A DNA stretch of 64,000 nucleotides, from the NCBI GenBank assembly GCA_046563655.1, contig CM102286.1, positions 6,076,001 through 6,140,000 on the forward strand. Direction: 5' to 3'. Origin of the DNA: Yuukianura sp. NJ FZ-2021 (lineage: Eukaryota). The translations under genes were made by a program, and so were the position numbers. Position 1 is the first letter of the stretch, and each line of letters opens with the position of its first letter. Shown in pieces: positions 12,967 to 23,096 of this stretch. The notes below the pieces were generated by a model. That model had not been told where the DNA came from, made no database searches, and saw nothing but the letters and a program-made list of their open reading frames with translations.

Positions 12967-14748
12967 TTAAAACTTAGCAGAAATCTGAAACATGTTTAGA
13001 AGTGTAAGTTGTTGAATGACGATTGTTGTCACCAGTGCGCCTATGATTGTCATTCCTGTTTTTTGAATATTATAAACTAGACAATTATTGTTATAAATAT
13101 GTAGCATAAAGCTAGAACTGTTCTTTCACCAAAGGTTAGTTACCTGAATGTTGGGATTGGGCTGCATCAACGCTGCCAAAGAAAGCATCGTTCTCTTGCC
13201 GTTTATATTTAGAAAGTTCCCCAATAAAGTCTTCAGATCTGGATTTATGTAAGTCGAACAGTGTTGTTTCACATCTCATTCTGATCTTTCCTTCTCTGAA
13301 GAATTGCTGGTGCAGATGAAGCTGGAATTCTCCAAATGTGATTTCATAATCATCAGGCAAAATTTGTCGGTGTGTTTTAATCACAATGGAGGGGTCGTTT
13401 GTCAGCAACTAAAAAGAAATGTAAACATGGATTTGATGGAAATAAAGTCGTCGAAAATTCCCATCGATCTAAAATATAAATGAAAAAAAATTAAGCCTTA
13501 AAAAATTTGAAATTTAAACTCACTGGAACACCATTAATATAAAAAGTTATATTGGCGGCAGGTTTGGAAGGAGATGAAGTGCAGTTAGCAGCCATCCGTT
13601 TGTTTAACGTCAGAAAGTGATTCACTCTCCCAAAAGAAGTGATGAAACGAGGTTTAGCTATTGGAGGCACTAAAATTTTCAACAAAGAATTTAATGGCAT
13701 CCGGTAGAAACTTTGGGAGAATAAATTAGTTGAGGTTATTAAAATAAAATAAGTGTAAAAATTTAAAAAAAATGTAATAGGAAATCAATGAATATAATTT
13801 CCGGGGAAATTCGTATCAATTATACCCGCAACTATGAGTTGTGCTGTCTTCGTTACTATATTGTGTGTGGGTTCTTCCGGTGTAACTTCACAGCTCAAAT
13901 TTCCTGACATGTAGGCCGGAACTTTTTTCAGCATCAACGTATGCATATCCGAATGTCGTACCTTATCAGAATTCAAACAAAGTTGAATACGTGTAAAAAT
14001 TTAATAAACACCGTTTTTCAGCGTTTCATCCGACCTCATGACATGCACATCCGTTAATTCCGTGGAGCTTAATCCCATAAACCACGCTACGAATTGGACT
14101 TTTCAGAAATATGCCGAAAATAATTCCTGTGAGTTTGTTGTTTTTTGCCAGAATCATTCATTAGCCGTCGCTAATGGGTTTGCTCTTATTTCATAATGCT
14201 ACCAACCCACTGTATGATGTTAAATGCCAATGCCTAATCCCGTTAATGGTTGGAATCATTGTCATCACAAAATGGATGGGTGCTTACGTTATGTGTTAAT
14301 ACAGAAAACTTTTGCAGAATAATCCAACATGAATTATATTAGCCATCTCTTACGTCGATGATTAAGCCCATAAAGGGAACAGCCTTCTTCTCTTGTTCCC
14401 TGGCAATATACCGAAATATTTCACGTTGACCTTTGTACCTAAAAAATTAAAAAACGTTTATTGTCATACATGTTCTAAACTCCTATTATTGAGTATACTA
14501 CATTAAATTCATTAAATCCATTTCTTTTTCGGTGTAAAGTGAGCTCCCGGAATGTTTTTCATTTTGGAAGTATTACAATTCTATTTTGCTCGGTTTAAAC
14601 AAGACATACCATTGCACAGAGTAGATTGTTGTGTTCTTTGCTGCTGGAAACAAACAGACCATTTTCAAATCATCCCCTTCTTTTATTGGGCTTCCAAACA
14701 AAAGTTTTATGTCCGACGGATTTAGGCCGCTTGGCTCAGAAATTGTTA
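12967..14748 (-). CDS. beat: Beaten path (Beat) family two-Ig cell-surface protein; first (signal peptide) exon not resolved
   Basis: Phase-consistent exons 14748-14610, 14438-14354, 13961-13826, 13669-13524, 13408-13144 and 13055-12967. Family motifs: IYSVQWYKGQREIFRY, SGNLSCEVTPEEPT, NCTSSPSKPAANITFYING, MRCETTL. Hydrophobic C-terminal tail (GPI- or TM-like). The specific paralog cannot be assigned. Confidence 0.8.
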
Positions 14749-14971
14749 CTAAAATTAATCATAAAAACATTGTACAGTAAGTATTAATTCATAGAACTGA
14801 TTATAATTGCTTATATCGAGTAACTAGAAGTAAGTTTTCCATATGAATCGCAGCGCGGCATTTTTTAACATTGGACAACATTAAGAAACACATCTGAAAA
14901 ACTTTACCGAGAAATATTGGTGTGAAAAATTGGGTTTTTTAATTTATATGTGTAACAGGAGCTGTTAGAGA

Positions 14972-14984
14972 AGGTCAATGACCT
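14972..14984. promoter_or_regulatory. Perfect IR1 nuclear-receptor site (EcRE-type) AGGTCA-A-TGACCT
   Basis: Exact palindromic AGGTCA n TGACCT about 220 bp 5' of the first resolved Beat exon. Function not shown. Confidence 0.4.
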
Positions 14985-17229
14985 AAATCTGTTCGTGACA
15001 TAAAAATACGTAACCACTAACCAGAAGGCACACTATGAGGATCTTTCGAATAGTTTTTGAATAAAAAAATGAAGAAATCAAGGTGATAAATAACATAATC
15101 ATGCTCAAATTGTCTCACAAGTCGCTGAATTTCAGGGGACATAAAACCCGTCAAAAAGGCCTTAACTTCTTTTGTATTTTTCAATCTTCCGGTATACTCT
15201 TTTGTTATTTATAATAAATTTTTTTGATCGTGCGTACTTCAAATCCTGCGTGGTAAGTTTAGGCCATCGACACTTGTCCGGCGGCGATTTTTGCTTATTG
15301 TGACACACGGGATTTTCCTTTGAAGCAATATTAAGCGCTTTCTCCTCATGCAGTTTAGAGCTATCCTTTTTCGTGTTCTCCCGCTTTAGTTTAAATCCAC
15401 CATTTCATGTTTTTATCTCTCGAATGAAAGTTGAGGAGCATTTTCCATATATTTACTCATAAAGTTGTATAAGTGTATGCCGTTCTTCCGGAAAGAAACC
15501 AAGCATCAAGCATCTTACAACCAAACAAGCACATACCCGCATACCTTTTTTTTAATTTTATGGCATATTAATTATGAGATGTTGTGAGGCGCCCTACGCT
15601 TGTACAAATTAGTCAAAAAAAAATATTCTTTAGCTTCAATTAATTTTGACAAGTTATTATTTAAATTGTTGCAGGCTTCTAAGGCACATCTTGCACTTGA
15701 TTTCTTCGCTTTTCTTCTTCTGTAATTGAAAACCACTATAATATTCACATTCTTTCAAAAAGAAAACTTCACTTACAATGTGCAAGTCGTGTGACATCAC
15801 AAACCGCAAAAAACGTTCCAGTGAAAAGTAATTATTTAGCTAACAATGGGTTTTATGCAATTTGAAAAATTATTTTAAATTCAAAACCTTCTTACCAGCG
15901 AATAAGTAGAATTCAAAACACCAAAGTATCCCGGTCAGAATTCCTATCCCGCCCATTTGGTGAAACTGTCAATATTTTGTGTGTGTGTTTATTTCTTAAC
16001 TTGCAGGTTATTTGAGCGAGCAATAAAATTTTTACTGCGTAGTCCACTATGTACATTAATCGCGTCGTTTGTTGGCATCAAGTGTGCGATGAGATATAAT
16101 CGTAGTTTCAAGTGTTGGGTAAAATTGATGGTGGTCTGTTTACGATGGAAAAGAAGGTAGCGTACTTTCTCCAAAGCAATTATTTTCTAGAAATTAGGCT
16201 ATCACTAAACTGTGGTAGGATTCCGAACTGTTTTTAGTGAAAAAGGCTAAAGTGAAGCTCAATGAAACGATGTCGCAGAGTTGTGTTTACGTGAAGGTGT
16301 ATAACACTTTTTTTAAGCTATCTTTTTGCCTGCGACATTACCAACACGCAACTACTGCTTCTGCAACTTTTGTTTTAGTTTTGGGAAACATTCAAAACTT
16401 TCTTCCTGTGAGAAAACAGGAATTTCGCATCTCTTCTGGGAGAAAGTTGTGAATGCACATGCGTTTCTTCCTCTCCCTGTTACTTCCGCTTCACTTTAAT
16501 TTCTTTAAAATCCCCACAGTAGTTTTGCCTTTCGCTGCAGAAAATGTTGTACAAATGTAAAATGATGAGTGATAAAGAATAACTAAAAACGTTTTGTTGA
16601 AAATGGTTTAAACTCATTTAACTAGTAATTTTATTGAATCACAATATGCTTTAAAATCACGTGCATTTGTGATTATTTTAGCCTTTGCTTTGACGTTGAA
16701 TTTGAGTTTGAAGCAGCAAATGTGTTATTTGCAGAATTCTCATCTCAAAAAACAGATTCACAGGTTGGCAGCTCTGGTTAAAATTAAAACAATTTTCCAT
16801 TTTCTGCAAAACAAAAATGTGTGTTCTACGATGATGTAATTTGATTGGAAGGAGAAAAGAGGCAGCAAAAAGACGGGGTTTGATCCGAACAGGCTTTTTA
16901 GTGTAAAGGGGTTGGTCGACGGGATTGAAGATGCCATTAGTGTCCATCTTTCAATTAAAGTTCAGCATGAAAGTTCTGCGTTCTCTCCACAGGAGACTGC
17001 CAACAACTTGTACTTCAAGTACTAACTCCTTTAACCGAATTATTAACTTCAATCTTTTGAAGTTGATTCTCTCTGCTTCACATGGCAGAGTATGTTTCTA
17101 ATAGTATTTTTGTTGGTCCGCGCATGACAACGAACAATAATGTCTGCGACAACATCTTGACTTACGGCGTTTGTTTTTCTAAAAACATACCGGAATGATG
17201 TTTCAATGAGTTATCTCATTTTTAATATT

Positions 17230-17594
17230 TGAAGCGGACAGGGACTGACGAGGGACGGATTCGGAACTCCGGAGGAAACCGAGTAGTTAGGCATAGGTAA
17301 AGTAGGAGGACTATGTTCTCTGAGTGTAGGTTACAGAAAGATCTTTATTCACATTTTCTGTAGCGGGAGTCTCTTCCCAACCTTCAACAAGTGAACATCT
17401 CAATAAAAGTTATTCCATTAGTTCACTTTGTTGTTTCCGACCATTTCATTTCTCAGTTGATGTTGGCACATTAGGAGAACCAAGTATTGTTGACCTCAGG
17501 TCAAATCTTCTCTCCAGGAAGATTCGACCTGAACTGGTGATTTCCCTGTAGAGGAAATCCCAGTTTCGGTCTCAGGGACTGCGGGGTTGTTGCA
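17230..17594 (+). repeat. 5' LTR
   Basis: TGAAGCGG...GTTGCA; AATAAA at 17402-17407; direct repeat of 22732-23096. Confidence 0.95.
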
Positions 17595-17595
17595 G

Positions 17596-17610
17596 TGGCG
17601 GCCGAAGGGA
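17596..17610 (+). other. Primer-binding site, tRNA-Lys-like
   Basis: TGGCGGCCGAAGGGA starts 1 nt after the LTR. It resembles the tRNA-Lys(UUU) PBS TGGCGCCCGAACAGGGAC with one mismatch and a 2-nt gap. Confidence 0.6.
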
Positions 17611-18477
17611 TTATTCCAGTGATGTCAAGATGATCAACTGAAATGAAAGGTCAACAGGTCAAGTGAGACTTTCCTGTAGAGAAAGGCTCTATTGAAGAAA
17701 ACTGAAGAAGACTACGAGATAAATTGATGAGAATTTCCCTGTAGAGGAAATTCTGACCTACCAGCTGATTGATTTTCCTGTAGAGAAAAGCAATCCAGCA
17801 TTGGAATAAAACATAAACCTACTTGTATTTTCCAGGAGAGAAAAGACAGGTCAGGTCAAAGGTCACATAAAGGCACGGGTGCTGCCAAAAATTTTTCAAA
17901 AATCGTTTTCACGCACGGGTGCTGCCCGATTTTTTCTAAAATCCAAACACTTTGAAATTTTCCTGAAGAGAAAAGTTCAAAGGTCAAGAACACCAAACCA
18001 AAGGACAGAAAGCAATTCGTCGCTCATTTTGAAAAATCCTGAAGAGATTTTTCGAAAAACCGAACCGATTTTCCTGTAGAGAAAATCGTTCACTGTCCAA
18101 TTGATGCAAAATTAAGAGGAGGAAGAGATTCGCATAACAACCCTGACATAAAATTAAGGCACGGGTGCTGCCAAAAATTCCAAAAATCAGACATTACGCA
18201 CGGGTGCTGCCCAATTTTTTTCAAAAAAAAAAGCGAAAATCACGCACGGGTGCTGCCCGATTTTCCAAAAATTACCAAATACTTTGATTTCCCTGAAGAG
18301 GAAATCGAAAACCCAAGGAGAGGAACAAGTTGTAACTTGGAGTTGAAGCTCCTGAAGAGAGCATCGACACCAAGACCATCTCAGAACCCCTTAAAACAAA
18401 CAGAATCCTAAAAATCGACTCAGTTAACTGGACTAATTGAAATTCCTGAAGAGAATTTCGTTTTCCAGCATTAACTA

Positions 18478-20121
18478 ATGAGCAGAAGGGAGGTGAGAGA
18501 TTTAGAACAAAACTCTCGTGCATTCCTACGTGGATTCAACATGGACAAACAAAACATAAATCCAATTCCTGAAGAACCAATTGATGTTGATGATCTTGAA
18601 GGTGACATGCATATTCAGAATCCAGTAGATGATGATGATGATTATTCAAATGGAGGTTCAGATGCAAGTTCCGTTGTTCAACGAACTGTAGCAAACCAAG
18701 TTCCTATCGTCTCATCTGCTGCTTCAACTCTCACAACCCAAGCTCCAACAGCAACAACAGGCATGCGCACTAGGGGTTCTGGTACATCCAGTTCACGTGC
18801 TGTACCGAGTGGAGCAGATTACGTTCACATTCCAGAATCGAGTCAAGTTAATGAACAAAATGTCGCAAAATGGATCAATGAGGGATTAGCTGCTATGGTT
18901 TCAGAAATTGTTAATCCTATACATACGGCTCTAACGCGATTGGATAGACGTATGCACAGAATGGAGATTGGCAATGCAAATCCTACTGGCAGCCAATTCT
19001 ACCAACCACAATTCAGCCAAACACAGCAAATTAATCAACCTCAACAAGATTTTCTAAACGCTCTTCAAGGAATTCGACTGACAACCGTGAGTTCTGCAAT
19101 TCCAATTCCGAAATTCAACCATAAGAAAACAACAGCTTCAGACTTCTTGAAGGATGTTGAAAGATACTACAGAGCTCAACAATACAATGAGAATGACTAC
19201 TTGTATTTGGTGAAAACCATTTTGCCAAATGATGCTAAGGAATGGTGGGACCATGTACGTCACAGAATTGATGACTGGGATGAGTTCAAGCAAGAATTTA
19301 TAGAAAAATACGACGGAGCTACCAACATCATGGAACGAATGAGGCTTTTGCAAACAAGACTTCAGCGTGTCCATGAACCAACAGAGTCTTTCGTTTTTGA
19401 AATGATGAAGATGTCAAAGGTCGTTTATCCAAATGAACCTACAGAAATGGCTGTTGAAAGAACAAGAAATGCCCTATTTCCGCAGTTGCGACTGGGTTTA
19501 GGAGCTCAAGAAATTAAAACACCGGAGGCTCTAGTCAAAGCTTGTCACGTGGTTCACCGTAGCCTTGAAGCTAACGCTAGAGTTTACAAAGAAAAAATTC
19601 GCCTACCGCCATTAAGTAAACATGAAATGGAAGAATCTAAGAAAAACCATGGTCCCAAACAGAAATCTGAAGAAAAGTCGACGGAGGAGACAGAAACTGA
19701 ATCCTATCGCGACTCAGCGTTTTCTCATGGACAACGGGGATTCAATCAAACATACAATTCAAACTCTAGACGTCCATTCCGCGGCGGCAGAGGAAATTTC
19801 CCTGATAGAGGAAATTTCATTTATCGTGATGGAAGATGGAACGGAACCCCAAGAGGTGACAAACAAAATGACAAACCTCAAGAAGCTCAACCAAGTCAAA
19901 ATCCATCTGACAAAAACAAGCTGGCTAATGTTCAATGCATGAAATGCAAAGGATTTGGTCATCTTACAAAAGTGTGTCCGAATAAAACCGGATTGGCACT
20001 ACCCACTCATGATGAGGAATGGGAAACTGAGTACGACGAGGAGTACTACGAAGAAGAACAACTGGATGATGACTACACCAATCAAAATCCAGATTTAAAC
20101 TCCCAAGGGAGACACCAATAA
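18478..20121 (+). CDS. gag: Gag: retrotransposon capsid plus CCHC zinc knuckle, 547 aa
   Basis: Capsid-like PKFN...DFLKDVERYY...DAKEWW...WDEFKQEFIEKY...LQTRLQRVHEPTESF; RGG-rich segment; CMKCKGFGHLTKVC knuckle; acidic tail. Confidence 0.9.
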   Translation: MSRREVRDLEQNSRAFLRGFNMDKQNINPIPEEPIDVDDLEGDMHIQNPVDDDDDYSNGGSDASSVVQRTVANQVPIVSSAASTLTTQAPTATTGMRTRGSGTSSSRAVPSGADYVHIPESSQVNEQNVAKWINEGLAAMVSEIVNPIHTALTRLDRRMHRMEIGNANPTGSQFYQPQFSQTQQINQPQQDFLNALQGIRLTTVSSAIPIPKFNHKKTTASDFLKDVERYYRAQQYNENDYLYLVKTILPNDAKEWWDHVRHRIDDWDEFKQEFIEKYDGATNIMERMRLLQTRLQRVHEPTESFVFEMMKMSKVVYPNEPTEMAVERTRNALFPQLRLGLGAQEIKTPEALVKACHVVHRSLEANARVYKEKIRLPPLSKHEMEESKKNHGPKQKSEEKSTEETETESYRDSAFSHGQRGFNQTYNSNSRRPFRGGRGNFPDRGNFIYRDGRWNGTPRGDKQNDKPQEAQPSQNPSDKNKLANVQCMKCKGFGHLTKVCPNKTGLALPTHDEEWETEYDEEYYEEEQLDDDYTNQNPDLNSQGRHQ

Positions 20122-20142
20122 CCACCTCGATGTGTGTTCTCC
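20094..20142 (+). promoter_or_regulatory. Putative -1 ribosomal frameshift signal (gag-pol)
   Basis: T TTA AAC heptamer (20094-20100) is in the correct gag phase, followed by a 6-nt spacer and a stem GGGAGACAC (20107-20115)/GTGTTCTCCC (20133-20142). The -1 frame is open into the protease remnant. Confidence 0.7.
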
Positions 20143-21710
20143 CGATTCTCAACAAAATCTCAAGAGGTGTACCTACAATTCAAGATACTTCAAATCAATT
20201 CAAATTTTCTGCATTCTTGGACTCAGTGTCTAAGTTTTGCATGATGACAGAACAATTGACAAAACATACCCACTCAAAAATCAAAATTCAATTCAAAATT
20301 CATATTTTTCTCAAATGTGACGCATGAGACATTTGCTTGGGCACTGCGCAAGTTCAAGCTATAGATGGAAAGGATCGGCCAATCTTATTCATCTGCAAAA
20401 TCCTAAAGAAAACGGAACGGAGTGCACACATTTTCATTCTCTCACGAGCTCCAGTTGACAGTCATGACACTGAAGGAACGGACGACCCAGAAGAGATCGT
20501 CTGTACCCCTATGTGTTTCTGTTACGAGACACCGACTTCAAACCAAATCAAAATTGACCAAGAAAATGAAATTCAAGCTTCACGTCTCAAGAAATTGATT
20601 CGTGATGACCCTTCAAATTCCAAGTGTACACACTTCTTAATTGAAGTTGGAATAGTGAAGCGTCAAGTCGAGATTCCGCTCAAGAGAATCAAAAAGTACT
20701 CTCTCGCAGATACTACCGAGGTTCACTCAACAGTAGCTGAAACTCAAATTCAAAAAATGGAAATTCCGGGTTTCCAAAAATGTACATCCAGTGCAGAGGA
20801 ACCTAATCAAGTTCAGTCGGCAGGGATCGTACCAGAGTCAAACCAAACCAAAATGTCAAAACAGAAGTTCGTTTTCCTGAAAATCAAGATTCCAGTTATC
20901 CTAACGTCACTCCAAAATGAAATTCAGAAGATTTTTCATGATGCACCGGAGTCAGGTCATCTTGGAGTCAAGAAGACAAAGGAGGAAATCAAACATCGAT
21001 GTTTCTGGAACAGAATGAATAAGGACACTGCTGACTACGTCAAGTCATGCAAAATTTGTCAAACGACAAAGCCGGACAATACCCTACCATCTGGGTTATT
21101 CCAACCAACAAAATTCACGTTAGCCCTTTTGAACTTAGGCAACGATTTGCCACTTCCGTTTGACAGAAATTTGGAAGCTAAAGGAAACACCAATTTTGAT
21201 GAAGAAAGCGCGAAATTGACATATTTACCCGAGAAACTACAAGAATTAATCAAATGGGTACGCGAGAACATGGAGGAGGAACATGAAGAAACTAAGAAAA
21301 TGTACGATAGTTCTCATCGAGATGTTATATACGACAGTGGTGATGTTGCCTTAATTCGAAATCACCCAATTCCCAAGAAGGACGATGAGATGATGCAAAA
21401 ATTTTCAAAACGACGGCTATGCCCTTTCAAAATTACGTCAAGAACCGCAGATGCAAGCTACGAATTAGCAGATCCAGTCACAAACAAGAATATCGGGAGA
21501 CGTCACGTTTTGGAGCTAAAACCATTTTTTGTTCGAAAAGAAACTGTGTCAGAAATCAAGAACAATGACATTCGAAAAAGTCAACCAAATACCAGGAAGT
21601 TACGCGAGAAGAAACCAACCAGTGACATTCCGACAAGTACAGCAGTTACAAGCAAATTACGCGAAAGAAAACAAGTAAATTATAGGTCATTGGCAGGCCT
21701 ACGTCATTAG
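20130..21710 (+). pseudogene. pol: Internally deleted pol: protease stub, RNase H fragments, integrase zinc finger and C-terminus; no RT, no DDE core
   Basis: One frame with a single TGA at 20325-20327. Motifs: FLDSVS (degenerate DSG), CDA*DICLG...QAIDGKDRPI (RNase H DAS motif), LSRAP, FHDAPESGHLG...CKICQ (HHCC), LCPFKI (GPY/F-like), RHVLELKPF. Confidence 0.85.
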
Positions 21711-22731
21711 TTAAGTCAAAATAATAATTAATTATTAGTTAGGAAAATATTCAAATTATTATAATATAAATCACAATGTTGATAGATTTATAATTTTGCT
21801 GAAATAATTAATAGTACTGAAATAGTCTAGTCCAGTACCTTTAGTACATTTAGTCGTTAAATTTAATGTTTAGTAAAATAGAATCGTACGTGGGCGTTAA
21901 GCAGTTTCCGCTAAGTCAGAGTTTTAGTCACAACCTCACTTTAGAGCGCTAACTCACAATCATTTATCTAACTATCTCACTTGCTTTCTAGATTCAGCAC
22001 AGTACAGTCTAAAGATTCACTCTAATTTCCCTGTAGAGGAAATTGGTAATTGAAATTCTCCAGAAGAGAGAATTTCTACTTCTAAAAATGTTTTACTGAT
22101 TTTCCTGAAGAGAAAATCGGTGTTGACTTCTCCGTAGAAGAAGTGGACAATGTCACAAACGTTGAACTGAAGAAGAAATCAAGATTATTGCCGACTTCTG
22201 ACGAAAGTGTCAACAACACTCAATTTACTGACAAACCAATGGAAGTGACAAGCAGTTGAAACGTAACTTTACTTCAAAACAAATTGGCACAACGATATGC
22301 TGAAGAAGACATTGCTGACATAACTGATGAGTTGCAGATCAACATCTAACAACATCAGAGACAAGTTTTGACAGTTCCTACATCCTACAACAATTCAACA
22401 ATCTAACTTCAAAGATTTACTCATTTGTTTCTCGAATGGACACAACAGGCAAGAATGCCCGAAAGTCAACCAACAACCGGACAGAAAAGCAATATTTTGG
22501 AAAGAAAACAATCCCGGAACCTCTATTTTGAACAATGTCCAGTCAACAGAATTCATTTGACTCAAAGAACTAACATGAAAAAACGGGAGAACCTTAAGAC
22601 AAAACGTGGGAATTCTGGACGTGTCGAGTGGAAACGAGACGATAAGAAGACGAAGATTTTATCCGCTGGTCGAGGTCGGAGGACCGAGCATGGAGATGGC
22701 GCTGATGGAGGCGCGTTTCGCGGGCGCAATA

Positions 22732-23096
22732 TGAAGCGGACAGGGACTGACGAGGGACGGATTCGGAACTCCGGAGGAAACCGAGTAGTTAGGCATAGGT
22801 AAAGTAGGAGGACTATGTTCTCTGAGTGTAGGTTACAGAAAGATCTTTATTCACATTTTCTGTAGCGGGAGTCTCTTCCCAACCTTCAACAAGTGAACAT
22901 CTCAATAAAAGTTATTCCATTAGTTCACTTTGTTGTTTCCGACCATTTCATTTCTCAGTTGATGTTGGCACATTAGGAGAACCAAGTATTGTTGACCTCA
23001 GGTCAAATCTTCTCTCCAGGAAGATTCGACCTGAACTGGTGATTTCCCTGTAGAGGAAATCCCAGTTTCGGTCTCAGGGACTGCGGGGTTGTTGCA
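22732..23096 (+). repeat. 3' LTR
   Basis: 365-bp direct repeat of 17230-17594, followed by TSD TATT. Confidence 0.95.

Larger units (their letters stand above)
17230..23096 (+). mobile_element. Ty3/Gypsy-type LTR retrotransposon, non-autonomous and recently inserted
   Basis: Two 365-bp TG...CA LTRs with no mismatch found by eye; 4-bp TSD TATT (17226-17229, 23097-23100); PBS after the 5' LTR; intact gag; pol remnants in PR-RH-IN order. Confidence 0.95.

Noticed and set aside
15022..15102. Candidate signal-peptide exon for Beat
   Set aside because: Hydrophobic ORF with a GTTAGT donor, but its phase 0 does not fit the phase-1 acceptor at 14748.
17539..18460. CRISPR-like interpretation of the repeated hairpins
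   Set aside because: Eukaryotic context, repeats not identical, irregular spacing, no cas genes, and the array lies inside an LTR element.
21900..22802. Possible env or third ORF of the LTR element
   Set aside because: Only short stop-interrupted acidic fragments; the 22425 ORF runs into the LTR and has no signal peptide, TM or furin site.
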